This document shows positions 26,601 to 35,232 of a stretch of 64,000 nucleotides of DNA, piece after piece. The first letter of the stretch is position 1. Every line of letters starts with the position of its first letter. This stretch comes from Acidobacteriota bacterium. GTDB taxonomy: Bacteria; Acidobacteriota; Thermoanaerobaculia; Multivoradales; UBA5704. The stretch covers positions 105,226-169,225 of the forward strand of contig JAXDKS010000063.1 in assembly GCA_034666985.1 (NCBI GenBank), given 5' to 3'. The translations under genes and the position numbers were made by a program. Below the pieces are notes generated by a model, which saw nothing but the letters and a program-made list of their open reading frames with translations, did no database searches and was not told the DNA's origin.

Positions 26601-27157
26601 GTGAGCGAGCGGGCGATCCCGAAGTCGGTGATGGCGACGCGCAGGGAGCCTCCGCTCTCGTCGACCAGGACGTTGCCGGGCTTCAGGTCGCGATGGATCA
26701 CCCCCGCGCCGTGGGCCGCCTCCAGCGCGAGGGCGAGCTGACGGGCGATCGCCACCGCCCGCTCCGGGGCCAGCCGCGTCTCCTCGGCGAGCAGGTCCCC
26801 CAGCGACCGGCCAGGGACGAAGTCCATGGTGAGGAAGGCGAGATCGCCGTCGCTGCCGATGTCGTGGATGCGGACGACGTTGGGGTGGCTCACCTGCCGC
26901 GCCAGCACCAGCTCCTGCTTGAAGCGCTCCAGCCACCGCCCATCCCCCGCCAGGTCGGGCCGCAGGACCTTGACCGCGACGGGCAGCCCGAGCTGCTCGT
27001 CCTGCGCCCGGTAGACCATCCCCATGCCGCCGACGCCCACCAGCTCCAGGATGCGGTAGCGCCCGCCGAGCAGGGAGCCCACCGCCAGCCGCTGGACAGC
27101 TCCCTCGGCGGTGCGGGTCGGGAGGTCCGACCGCCGCGCCGGGAGCTCGCCGCTCAC
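23696..27157 (-). CDS. Hanks-type Ser/Thr protein kinase, single TM, long extracytoplasmic TPR-repeat region (1153 aa)
   Basis: YRILELVGVGGMGMVYRA...VIHRDLKPGNVLV...DFGIAR...GTLGYLSPE catalytic core, TM WQIAVGVGCLLVLLVLGWAV, then more than 12 TPR-like repeats. The GTG start at 27157..27155 overlaps the stop of the FHA-GAF gene (GTGA). Confidence 0.85.
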   Translation of the reverse strand: MSGELPARRSDLPTRTAEGAVQRLAVGSLLGGRYRILELVGVGGMGMVYRAQDEQLGLPVAVKVLRPDLAGDGRWLERFKQELVLARQVSHPNVVRIHDIGSDGDLAFLTMDFVPGRSLGDLLAEETRLAPERAVAIARQLALALEAAHGAGVIHRDLKPGNVLVDESGGSLRVAITDFGIARSLTGSGLTVPGTVLGTLGYLSPEQARGDAVDGRSDLYTLGLLLYEMLTGELPFSAATEAEMLAQRLTGSPRNLRWPAAVPAPLRALVQRLLARDPARRPQSAGEVVQELDDQHRAAPAIQRWQIAVGVGCLLVLLVLGWAVREVGRGRVPQARQPAAARKTVAAGPRHAVALLPLADDTGRPDLAWVAIGMPEMLAASLAESPELRVLDSQRVFRTLEDLKLPRGPLPETEARRLAGLLDADHLVGGRVRAVGGQLRIDLSLLATDPPGLPAAALHAEAAEGEAFRLVEQLGGVLRRELAVPAAVAVEPVASRSPAALAEYSKGVESLRRGDALAAVPSLERAVTADPRYSAAWVQLARARQALGQGEPAREAAQRAVEILGAGESRAAYEARAVEARLLGRPERAQEILSRLLARYPDDVEARIELAEAYGEQGSLDRAIAALREAVRLAPHHPRAWFLLGRYSIVAGDARHAVDEYLVRALVVQNELGSEQSRAEVLNAFGVAYRNLGEMDRAVETYEQAAAIRKRIGDKRGYATTLRNLATIHTMRGQYAAARSQLTEALALLQRLGDAPGIADLYDNFGVLAEQRGSYEEALEGYRQALRVRRDLGNDLALAQSFSNVGFACYLLGRYDDALVYWRQGLDLAKQSGNPSGVILATQNLGQLELARGEWNEAVKSFLTALGASRELGKKETIAVSLGNLGRLAQYQGRPGAALASYDEALKVLRELGDRRGLAEFTLAAAEAELELGMIEAAGERLRAAGELLAEGKNREQQAELDRLRGEHLLAHDGPRDRAAAGEALRRAVAEAKESHGVVEILATRLSAADVPGRSRAGLAELERLRAEAEALGNARLRLRAAEAVARAALAAGEPGRAQAAARAGLQLATACGGYAGSYRLHRLLARALERDGRSAEAEAERRRAGEEIARVSRDLAPEPRQFFDRRVEAQDGTKQDGAGGPGVRVGPLKPNG

Positions 27158-28188
27158 GAGGGGACCCCGAGCGGCGCGTGGGCCGCCAGGAGACCGTGCC
27201 AGGTGTCGGGCCGGTTCCGCACCGCGGCGGCCGCCGGCGGGCCGGAACGGGCGCCATGGAACGAGCGATCCAGCACTGCCGTGATCTGTCCGGCGAGCCG
27301 GGACCGCAGCGCCGCGCTCCCCTCCTCGCCGGCCCCGTGCGCGATCCGCTCGGCCAGCCCGCGCAGCTCGCCGTCGAGCCGCGCCACGGCGATGGCGAGC
27401 CCCGCCTGCACGGCCATCGCCTCCAGGATCTCCAGGTCGAGCTCGGTGAACGCCGCCCCCGGCCGGCGGCTGTCGGCGTACATCACGCCGAGCCGCTGGT
27501 CGAGCGCCTGGAGGGGCACGCAGAGGAGGGCCCGGATGCCGCCCGAGATGATGCTCGCCCGCGCCGCCAGCTCGGCGTCCGCCCGCGCGTCCGTGCTGAC
27601 CACCGGCCGGCCGCTCGCCAGGGCCCGCTCGACCGCGCCCACGCTGCCGCCGAACTCCGCCGCCCTCAGGTCGTCCCAGGAGAGCCCCGAGCGCGCCGCC
27701 ACCTCCAGCTCGCCGTCCTCGCCGGCGAGGAGGAGGAAGCCCCGCTCCGCCCCGGTCAGGGCCAGCATCGAGGCGACCACCCGCGACAGCAGCTCGCCCA
27801 GGCCCAACCCGGGATTCAGCTCGCGCCGGACCTCCAGCGCCGTGGTCAGGCGCCGCAGCCGCGCCTCGTGGAAGACCTCGACCGGCCCCTCGGCAGCCTC
27901 GAAACGGGCGAGCAGGCCCCCGAAGCTGATCCAGCTCTCCGCCGCGAGCGGCGCCGCCCTCTCCACCGGCCTGCCGTCGACCAGGGTGCCGTTCTTGCTG
28001 CCGAGGTCGGCCACCGTCCAGCCGGACGGCGGTCCGGGCGCGAGCACGGCGTGCCGCCGGGAGACGCGGTCGTCCTCGATCACCACACCGCACTCCAGGC
28101 CGCGCCCCACGACCGTCTCGCGCCCCTCCGGCAGGATCAGCTCCCGGGCCGGAGCGGCGGGGAAAAGGATCGTCAGGCGCGCCGGCAT
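27154..28188 (-). CDS. FHA domain + GAF domain signalling protein
   Basis: FHA block VVGRGLECGVVIEDDRVSRRHAVLA...VADLGSKNGTLVDGRPV. GAF-like block LALTGAERGFLLL...IRALLCVPLQALDQRLGVMYADSR. Strong RBS GAGGAGATAA before the ATG at 28188. Confidence 0.85.
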   Translation of the reverse strand: MPARLTILFPAAPARELILPEGRETVVGRGLECGVVIEDDRVSRRHAVLAPGPPSGWTVADLGSKNGTLVDGRPVERAAPLAAESWISFGGLLARFEAAEGPVEVFHEARLRRLTTALEVRRELNPGLGLGELLSRVVASMLALTGAERGFLLLAGEDGELEVAARSGLSWDDLRAAEFGGSVGAVERALASGRPVVSTDARADAELAARASIISGGIRALLCVPLQALDQRLGVMYADSRRPGAAFTELDLEILEAMAVQAGLAIAVARLDGELRGLAERIAHGAGEEGSAALRSRLAGQITAVLDRSFHGARSGPPAAAAVRNRPDTWHGLLAAHAPLGVPS

Positions 28189-28218
28189 TTATCTCCTCTC
28201 TCGGCTCACGGCCCCGCT

Positions 28219-29058
28219 CTACTGGTCCTGCCGCAACCGGAGGCTGAACTGGAGAGTGTTCGCCCCCGCGCGCAGCAGCCCGGCCACGTCGACCCGGTCG
28301 TGCGCCGCGCGCCAGAGGTCCGGAATGTCCGCCCCGCTGTGCTGCTCGACGGTGGCCAGAAAGAGATCCAGATCGTGGATCGCGGCCGCTTCGTCCCCCG
28401 GCAGGGAGTGGGCGCGGGCGGCGGCGAGGTCCGCGGCGAGGTCGGCGCGGACCGCTTCGGGGATCGCGCCGGCGTTGGCCGCGAGGATGTGGTCCAGCCG
28501 GTCGAGCTTGGCCCCGACGGCCTGATCCAGGGAAGTCGAGTCGACGACGATCAGGAACTCGGAGAACCCGCCCTCCGAGCCGATGGCGCGATAGCTCGTG
28601 CCCCACTTGAGGTCCGTGGCCTTCTTGACGCTGCTCGTGATGTCCGCGAAGTACCCGCCCAGCGGCGCGGAGAGGAGGCGCAAGGTGTCCTCCGCATTCG
28701 AGAGACCGGAAGCGCGGATCTCGATGGACGCGATGCCGGTGAAGGCGAGGCCCCCCGCGGGCGTCGGCTCGATCCGCACCAGCACCGGAAAGCCGGAAGG
28801 GATCGAGACGGTAGCCGGCAGGCGGGCGCCGAGGACCGGGTCGGCCGGCGAGACCACCTGCGCCGAGATCCCGAGGTTGACGGGAGTCAGCCCCGTGACG
28901 CTCTCGAAGCTCACGGTGACCTCGCCGGTGATGCCGCCCGGCAGCGCGATCGGCAGGCTCACCGAATTCCCGCTGCCCAGAGGACTGCCGTTTCCCTGAC
29001 CCGCGGCCGGTACGGCCACAGCCAGGATGAAGAGGAACCCGATCAAAATCTTGTTCAT
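28219..29058 (-). CDS. Secreted hypothetical protein (signal peptide MNKILIGFLFILAVAVPAAGQ)
   Basis: ATG at 29058..29056 inside ORF 28219..29325. Same strand as, and 30 nt upstream of, the FHA-GAF gene. Confidence 0.55.
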   Translation of the reverse strand: MNKILIGFLFILAVAVPAAGQGNGSPLGSGNSVSLPIALPGGITGEVTVSFESVTGLTPVNLGISAQVVSPADPVLGARLPATVSIPSGFPVLVRIEPTPAGGLAFTGIASIEIRASGLSNAEDTLRLLSAPLGGYFADITSSVKKATDLKWGTSYRAIGSEGGFSEFLIVVDSTSLDQAVGAKLDRLDHILAANAGAIPEAVRADLAADLAAARAHSLPGDEAAAIHDLDLFLATVEQHSGADIPDLWRAAHDRVDVAGLLRAGANTLQFSLRLRQDQ

Positions 29059-29312
29059 ACTCTCATCCCCCTGATAGATAGGTGGCGGAATCCCTCGCGA
29101 GAGAGACGTCAAAGCTTTCACGATTCCTCTTGAATGAAATTCAGCCTGCAAAAACTGCAAAAGTCGTCCGGATTTTACGACCACTATACACCTGTCAGGC
29201 TCCGCCTGAGGGAAAACCCCCAGCCCGGGTGAGGGCATTCCCCGGTTCCGCCAAAGTTGCCCGCCCCGCATAGTTGCGAAGACAGGAACAGCTACCACCC
29301 AAAGGAGGGGAC

Positions 29313-31874
29313 ATGAATGCATCACCCATCCAGCGCTTCCGCGCTTCAGCCCTGCGGGCCTTCGCCCCGGCGCTGTGCGTGGCCGCGTTGCTGCTCACGA
29401 GCCTCGCTACCGTCAGCCCCGCGTCCGCGGCGACGCTGGGACCCTCTCTCACCGCCAAGCTGAACGGCCTCCCGGGCACGGCCAGCGTGGGCACGGTGAT
29501 CGTGGCGTTCAACACCAGCACCGGCCTCAACCCTTCGCACCTGACGACCCTGACCCTGGCCGGCATCACCCGTGGCGTCACGCTCCAGAACCTCGGCATG
29601 GTGGCCGCGCCGGCGACCGCGGGCCAGGTCCGCGCCCTGGCCTCCAACCCCGCCGTGCGCTCGATCTGGCTCAACGACCGGCTGCAGTACCTGAACGATC
29701 AGACCCGCACGCTCACCGGCGTCGACCACATGCGCACCGATCCGGACTTCGCCCGGCTCAACCAGGGGCTGCCCGTCTCGGGCAAGGGCAACTTCTCGCT
29801 CGTCATCAACGACTCCGGGGTCGACGGCACCCATCCCGACCTGCACTTCCCGGAGCACCTCATCCAGAACGTGCAGTCGTTCGTCGACACCAACACGCTG
29901 ACCGGCTTCCTCCCCCCCGTGTTCGTCGAGAACGTGCCGGACACCGACCTCAACGTCGGGCATGGCACCCATTGCGCGGGCATCGCGGCCGGGACCGGCG
30001 CCGCCTCCGGCGGCCAGTACGCCGGCGTCGCTCCGGGAGCGAACCTGGTCGGCTTCGGCTCCGGCGCCGTGCTCTTCATCCTCAACGGCCTCGGCGGCTT
30101 CGAGTACTCGCTCGCCAACCAGTTCCGCTACAACGTCCGCATCATCTCGAACTCGTGGGGCGGGACGGGCGCGTACGATCCGAACGATCCCATCGCGATC
30201 GCCAGCAAGCTGGCCCACGACCGCGGGATCGTCGTCGTGTTCGCGGCCGGCAACTCCGGTCCGGGCAAGGACACCATGAGCTCCGAGCCGAAGTCTCCCT
30301 ACGTGATCGCCGTGGCCGCCGGGACCAAGGAAGGCGGCCTCGCGGGCTTCTCGTCGCGCGGCGTGCCGAAGTCCCAGCGTCAGGCCGGCGACTTCAACGC
30401 GCCGGCGATCACCGCTCCGGGCACGGGCCGCGAATTCGACTCGAACAGCGGCCGGTTCACCTCCGACGTGGTGTCCACCCGCTCCAAGACCAACGTCTTC
30501 GCCAACGGCACGACCGCCGACGCCGAGCTCCCGGTCTCCGCCCTTCCCTACTACACCGAGATCAGCGGCACCTCGATGGCGGCGCCCTTCATCGCCGGCA
30601 CCGTGGCCCTGATGCTGAGCGTCGACCCGACGCTGTCGCCCGACGAGGTGAAGTCGATCCTCACCCAGACGGCCACGCAGATGCCCGGCTTCTCCGAGTT
30701 CGAGGTCGGCGCCGGCTACGTCAACGTCTACGCGGCCGTCGACAAGGTCTTCCACCGCAGCAAGGCCTACGGCACCTACGGCGGACCGCTCGACCAGCAG
30801 CACTTCAATCTGAGCATCACCACCACCACCGCTTCGCAGACGCCCTTCCACGTCGACTACAACCCGGTGGCGACGCCGGGGCCGGGCGGCGCCAACTCGA
30901 AGCCTTTCCAGGTGCAGGCCGGCATCTCGGTGCTGGACGTCTTCGCCAACGTCGACAATGCGGTGACGACCGGCGATGGCAACACCGTGGCCCTGCTGCT
31001 GACCGATCCCAACGGCAAGACCTACTCCAGCGGCGTGCTGATCCCCATCCTCGACGCTCCCAACCGCGAGGTGGTGGTCAACAATCCGGTCCCCGGCAAT
31101 TGGCTGCTCGAGGTCCGGGGCGTGCGCGGCCTGGCAGCCCTGCCCGAAGTCTCCCTGCCCACCTCGGGCGCGGCGCTGCCCGGTCCCGTGGACGGTACGA
31201 TCACCCAGCAGGTCCACAACCTGCCCGCGATCGCGGACGTCCAGAGCGACCCGTCGCGGACCGAGATCGAATTCGTGCTGAAGAACCGGATGATGGACGT
31301 GCTGAGCGATGGCCTGTTCCATCCATCCTCGACGGTGACGCGCGGCAGCTTCGCCCAGACCCTGGTCTCCAACACCGCGCTGCGCCAGTCGTTGGCCGAC
31401 TCTCCGCTGTACACCGACGTGACCGGTCCGCTGGCCGCCATCGCCGAGGCCGTGACGGCCGACGGCTCCACCCTGCGCGACTACGACTTCACTCCCGGCG
31501 GCATGATCGCCGCTCACTCGCCGAGCTTCTCTCCCGGCGGCGCGGTCACCCGCACCGACCTCGCGGTCGCCCTCGTCAAGGCCCTGGGGCTCGACGCGGC
31601 GGCGCAGGCCAAAGCGGGCTCGGACGTCACCGCCACCTTCAACGGCACGACCGTGGTGGTGAGCGACAATTCATCGATCCCGTCGGCCCTGCGCGGCTAC
31701 GTGCAGATCGCGCTCGACAAGGGCATCCTGAACGCCCTCTTCAGCTTCCAGCAGGGTCCCAACGACTTCGAGCCGCAACTGGTGGCCAGGGTCAAGCCGA
31801 CCAGCGCGGTGACGCGGTCCTTCCTGGCCTTCGCCCTCGACCACTACCGGCAGGCCTTCGCCGCCGGCAACTAG
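29313..31874 (+). CDS. Secreted subtilisin-like S8 serine peptidase with C-terminal SLH-like cell-surface anchoring repeats
   Basis: D/H/S triad blocks (VINDSGVDGTHPDL; HGTHCAGIAAG; GTSMAAPFIAGTVALM). Signal peptide. Three C-terminal repeats with SLH-like ...TRxxFAxxLV signatures. RBS AAAGGAGGGG precedes ATG 29313. Confidence 0.85.
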   Translation: MNASPIQRFRASALRAFAPALCVAALLLTSLATVSPASAATLGPSLTAKLNGLPGTASVGTVIVAFNTSTGLNPSHLTTLTLAGITRGVTLQNLGMVAAPATAGQVRALASNPAVRSIWLNDRLQYLNDQTRTLTGVDHMRTDPDFARLNQGLPVSGKGNFSLVINDSGVDGTHPDLHFPEHLIQNVQSFVDTNTLTGFLPPVFVENVPDTDLNVGHGTHCAGIAAGTGAASGGQYAGVAPGANLVGFGSGAVLFILNGLGGFEYSLANQFRYNVRIISNSWGGTGAYDPNDPIAIASKLAHDRGIVVVFAAGNSGPGKDTMSSEPKSPYVIAVAAGTKEGGLAGFSSRGVPKSQRQAGDFNAPAITAPGTGREFDSNSGRFTSDVVSTRSKTNVFANGTTADAELPVSALPYYTEISGTSMAAPFIAGTVALMLSVDPTLSPDEVKSILTQTATQMPGFSEFEVGAGYVNVYAAVDKVFHRSKAYGTYGGPLDQQHFNLSITTTTASQTPFHVDYNPVATPGPGGANSKPFQVQAGISVLDVFANVDNAVTTGDGNTVALLLTDPNGKTYSSGVLIPILDAPNREVVVNNPVPGNWLLEVRGVRGLAALPEVSLPTSGAALPGPVDGTITQQVHNLPAIADVQSDPSRTEIEFVLKNRMMDVLSDGLFHPSSTVTRGSFAQTLVSNTALRQSLADSPLYTDVTGPLAAIAEAVTADGSTLRDYDFTPGGMIAAHSPSFSPGGAVTRTDLAVALVKALGLDAAAQAKAGSDVTATFNGTTVVVSDNSSIPSALRGYVQIALDKGILNALFSFQQGPNDFEPQLVARVKPTSAVTRSFLAFALDHYRQAFAAGN

Positions 31875-31907
31875 AACCCGCCAGACCCGCCTCTCGCTCC
31901 TCGCATG

Positions 31908-31943
31908 GGGGTGGGGACCAGGTCCCCGCCCCTATTTTTTATT
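31908..31943 (+). terminator. Rho-independent terminator of the S8 peptidase gene
   Basis: 10-bp stem GGGGTGGGGA/TCCCCGCCCC (one G-U wobble), loop CCAGG, then TATTTTTTATT. Lies 34 nt after the stop. Confidence 0.8.
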
Positions 31944-31998
31944 ACAGCTCGACAGCACTCACCGCCAGGGAGCCCATTCAAAGACCTCCCCGGGAGGC

Positions 31999-32463
31999 TT
32001 AACGAGGCAGATACTCGCGCATCTGGTCGTACAGCGGCGTGAGCGTGGCGATCTCGCACCCCCCTTCCGGGAAGGTGAAAGTCGTCTCAAAGTCTTCATA
32101 GCTGCGCGCTCGCCAGAGACGGCCCTCGGGGTCGATGACGAGGGAATGGCCGACACCGCCGCGGAAAATGCGCGAACCCTCGGTTCCGGTGTAGACCGTG
32201 CAGGTCCACGGGCGTTCCTCAGGATGCGCAGCCATGTAGCTCTCGATCTCTCCGACGTATCCCTCGAAGAGTCGAGCGCGGTGCCTGGCTGGAGCTCTGA
32301 GAGTTGCGGAGATCGCGTACCCCAACAGCTCGTCGGCTGGCGAGGAGAGGACGCCCGAGTGGAGATTGGAGATCTGAGTCATTTGCCTCTGAGCGGCAAT
32401 CCGCTCCATCGCCGCATCCATCTCTTCGGACGTCGGAATCCTGGGTATCTTCGGCGAGCCCAT
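31999..32463 (-). CDS. Hypothetical protein (154 aa), lower-GC accessory region
   Basis: ATG at 32463..32461 (index 39 of ORF 31999..32580). Protein-like composition, no recognised domain. Confidence 0.4.
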   Translation of the reverse strand: MGSPKIPRIPTSEEMDAAMERIAAQRQMTQISNLHSGVLSSPADELLGYAISATLRAPARHRARLFEGYVGEIESYMAAHPEERPWTCTVYTGTEGSRIFRGGVGHSLVIDPEGRLWRARSYEDFETTFTFPEGGCEIATLTPLYDQMREYLPR

Positions 32464-32533
32464 CAGAGCTGCTCTGATTCTATCCCAGGCGTGCTTCAGA
32501 CGGTGCGAGCTACGACGCCTACGACTGGTTCGT

Positions 32534-33220
32534 ATGCGGCGGCACAACCTCATTCTCAACGCTGTTTCCGTGCTTTCCAACCATCTTCATATTCTCGCCG
32601 TCCCCGAAAGCGCGCGCCAGCTCGCCGACTTCATGCGCGATTTCAAGTCCAAGCTCGCGCGGGAGGTCAACCGCCTCACCGGCTGGAGCGGACCGGTCTT
32701 CGAGCGCCGCTACGAGATGACGGTCGTCACCCAAGAAGACCGCCCCCAGATCGAGCGACTCTCGTATGTGCTCGCGCAGTCCGTTAAAGAAGATTTGGTC
32801 GAAGAGGTCCGTGAGTGGCCCGGCGTGCACTCCGCGGCGGCGCTGATCGACGGTACGCCGCTCGCGGGGCACTGGTTCGATCGCACGCGGGAGTACGCCG
32901 CCTATCGCGAACGCATCAAGGGGCTGGTCGAGGGCATCGAGAGCGATGCCGCCCTCTTGAGGAGCCTCAATGGTACCTCCGTCCTGGGAGTGGAAGCGAT
33001 CCTGGCGAAAGATCCGCAACATCGTCCTGAGTCGATCGCCCGCTCGCCGGCGCCGTTGGTCCACGCGGCCACCAAAGCCGCCCGCAAGGCGTTCTACGAC
33101 GCCTACGCCTGGTTCGTCGCCGCCTTCCGGCAAGCCGCCGAGAAACTGCGGCAGGGCGACCGCAATGCGGTCTTCCCGGCCGGCAGCTTCCCGCCCGCCC
33201 TGCCGTTCGTGGCGGGATAA
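32534..33220 (+). mobile_element. IS200/IS605-family Y1 (RAYT-like) transposase gene, N-terminally truncated or frame-disrupted (probable remnant)
   Basis: RHNLILNAVSVLSNHLHILAVPESARQLADFMRDFKSKLAREVNRLTGWSGPVFERRYEMTVV matches the HxH...Y core of REP-associated tyrosine transposases. The expected N-terminal HVxxRG block is missing from this frame; a possible remnant (HRRIHLFGRRNP) lies in another frame about 150 nt upstream. Confidence 0.6.
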
Positions 33221-33450
33221 CCCTCTCGCCTGCGCTCTTTGCCAGCCGCACAGCCCGCCGGAGGGCCATCCTTCCGAGCTTCTGAAGCTCGCAGGGGGAA
33301 GGTGTGTTCAGACCGGCCGGTACGACTCCCGAATAGACGTTTCAGACCCACTTCTGGTCGCTTACGAGCGGCTCAGAGGGGGCGACGCCAGCCGATCGAC
33401 GTGCTGATCTCAAGAATGCCCTGGCACGTTACCTACCTACCTGGGGCACG

Positions 33451-33870
33451 TTACCTGGGTGGCCGCAGGAAGAAGCCGCACGCCAGGGCCCCGATCAGGG
33501 CGGCGATCATCATGGACGCCGCGTGCCAGGAGGCCGGGCCGCCGCCGAAAAGCTTGTAATAGATCGTCGAGAGCGCCAGGAACACCGGCCGGTAATAGCT
33601 GCTGATGACGGTGTCTCCCCCCTTGCGCAGCGCCCCGACGTCGGTCGTGAAGCCGTGGGGGATGCTCCCGAGGTCCGAGAGCGATGGGCTGTTCTGGAAG
33701 AGCACGAAGTCGTCCAGCAGGAAGCCGTAGCCCGTGGTGGGCCAGTAGAGGAGGAACGGCACGACCGCGGCCAGCAGAAGGAACCACAGCCGGCGGGGAT
33801 CGGCGGGCGCCGGTCTCTTCGCCGCCGGGCGGGCCGCCTCCGCTTTTTTCCGTTGCGCCTTCCTGGACAT
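33451..33870 (-). CDS. Hypothetical polytopic membrane protein fragment
   Basis: TM segments and a YYRPV/LDDFVLF region reminiscent of N-termini of membrane-anchored TPR/glycosyltransferase-like proteins. Short, so possibly truncated. No SD sequence. Confidence 0.4.
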   Translation of the reverse strand: MSRKAQRKKAEAARPAAKRPAPADPRRLWFLLLAAVVPFLLYWPTTGYGFLLDDFVLFQNSPSLSDLGSIPHGFTTDVGALRKGGDTVISSYYRPVFLALSTIYYKLFGGGPASWHAASMMIAALIGALACGFFLRPPR

Positions 33871-33900
33871 GATGGGGGGAGAGACTACGTGAAGTGGGCG

Positions 33901-33948
33901 AGCCCGCGCAACGCGAAAGGCCGGCGCGGCCTCCGGAGAGGCCGCGCC
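33901..33948. repeat. 48-bp palindrome-containing repeat, copy A, immediately 3' of the lipase gene
   Basis: AGCCCGCGCAACGCGAAAGGCCGGCGCGGCCTCCGGAGAGGCCGCGCC, with an internal 11-bp perfect inverted repeat GGCGCGGCCTC/GAGGCCGCGCC. 45/48 identical to copy B at 35123-35169. Confidence 0.8.
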
Positions 33949-33957
33949 CTACGGCTG

Positions 33958-35052
33958 CTATCCCATGGCGGCGGCGGGCATCGGAAGGTGACCCGTCCCC
34001 GAGGGAGCATACGGATTGGGGATGTTGAAGAGCGGCTTCCCCGCGGCGTCGTGCAGCGTCAGCAAGGCCTCGACCCCCAGGAGCAGGACGTAGGCGAAGA
34101 TGTGCTGGTAGAAGGCCTCGGTCTCGAAATCCTGCGTCGTGCCGCCGGAGCCCCGGACGGTCGAGCCGGTGAGGTCGTTCGCGGTTCCGATCCGGGTGTA
34201 GTTGTCGTCCCAGGCGAATCCCTGCGCCGCGGCCACGGCTTTCTTGATCTCCGGGCTGGCCGTGATGTTGGGAGCATACAGATCAGGAATGCTGGCGAGC
34301 GTCTTCTCTCCCCAGGCCAGAGGGACGACGTCCAGGCTGTTCGCCAGGTCCGCGTTCCACACCTGCCACTGTTGCGGGCCCGCGACCGGCTGGGGGAAGG
34401 TCTGCGAGAAGAACGCCGCGAACGTGCTGTTGCCAGCGGTCGGTCCGGCTGTCGGATAGACGTACACGGCCTGCCAGGCGCTGGGATTGAGACCCTGCTG
34501 CGCCAGCGCCAGCGCCAGCGTGGGAGCGAGGGCGCCTCCGAGGCTGTGCCCGGTGAAGATCAGCGTGGAGCTCGACGCGGCCTCGACGTTCCGCAGGTAG
34601 GCTAGGAGCGTCTGCCCCCCGCTCTCCAGGGAGAGGAGAGCGTTCACCCCGTCCCGGGTACCGGGGGCGATCAGGGTCCCGATAGGCGCGTTGCCCCCGT
34701 AAGGCCAGGCGAGGGGATGCTGGATGGCGAGATCCTCGATGATGTCGTAGCTCGATGTGGGATTCGTCCCGGCGATGGCGATCACGTAGACGCCGTTGAC
34801 CTTGTCACGGACGAGATAGATGGCGTTGTCCGCGGCGCTCGACCCCGAGCTCTGGAAGATCGCCGGTCCCCAGGCGAGCTCCCAGGAGTCGCCGATCAGT
34901 TGCTGGAGGCCCGGATTGCGCAGCCGGCTCCAGATCGATGCCGCCAGATACTCGGCCAGCTCGAGCGTGTTTCCACTCAAGCTGTCGTCCGCGCTGGACA
35001 TCAATGTAATGGTGAACGCCTGCTGCCACAGATCGAAAGTACCCTGAGCCAT
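33958..35052 (-). CDS. Class-3 lipase family alpha/beta hydrolase
   Basis: GHSLGGALA nucleophile elbow in a lipase_3-like context (YVIAIAGTNP...IFTGHSLGGALAPTLAL). Strong RBS GAGGAGAAGAAA precedes ATG 35052. Confidence 0.8.
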   Translation of the reverse strand: MAQGTFDLWQQAFTITLMSSADDSLSGNTLELAEYLAASIWSRLRNPGLQQLIGDSWELAWGPAIFQSSGSSAADNAIYLVRDKVNGVYVIAIAGTNPTSSYDIIEDLAIQHPLAWPYGGNAPIGTLIAPGTRDGVNALLSLESGGQTLLAYLRNVEAASSSTLIFTGHSLGGALAPTLALALAQQGLNPSAWQAVYVYPTAGPTAGNSTFAAFFSQTFPQPVAGPQQWQVWNADLANSLDVVPLAWGEKTLASIPDLYAPNITASPEIKKAVAAAQGFAWDDNYTRIGTANDLTGSTVRGSGGTTQDFETEAFYQHIFAYVLLLGVEALLTLHDAAGKPLFNIPNPYAPSGTGHLPMPAAAMG

Positions 35053-35122
35053 TTTCTTCTCCTCTCGCGTCCTGCCGAGGCAGGAAAGAATTCTGGTTTG
35101 CGCCGCGCCGTGGTTCCCGGCA

Positions 35123-35169
35123 GCCCGCGCGACGCGAAAGCCGGCGCGGCCTCCGGCGAGGCCGCGCCG
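35123..35169. repeat. Palindrome-containing repeat, copy B, immediately 5' of the lipase gene (same orientation as copy A)
   Basis: AGCCCGCGCGACGCGAAAGCCGGCGCGGCCTCCGGCGAGGCCGCGCC. Confidence 0.8.
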
Positions 35170-35232
35170 CGGTTACGGTGTCCTGTGCTCAGTTGGCGAC
35201 AGTGGACGACCTCAGCGCTAACACCTCCTGCC

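Noticed and set aside
29071-29110. Possible fourth, degenerate copy of the ECF promoter motif upstream of the S8 peptidase (TGATAGATA ... CCTCGCGAGAGAGACGTC)
   Set aside because: The half-site spacing differs by 4 nt from the three good copies, the GCGACAGTCT core is only partly matched, and the site is about 200 nt from the ATG versus 41-53 nt for the others. It is kept only as a weak candidate for experimental testing.
33422-33465. Short direct repeat GGCACGTTACCT x2 separated by 10 nt at the 3' end of the 33451..33870 gene
   Set aside because: Only two short copies. It could be a transposon-end relic but evidence is insufficient.
35193-35202. GCGACAGTGG resembling the ECF -10-like core
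   Set aside because: It is an 8/10 match with no upstream GTGAGATA partner and no plus-strand gene downstream. It is probably chance.
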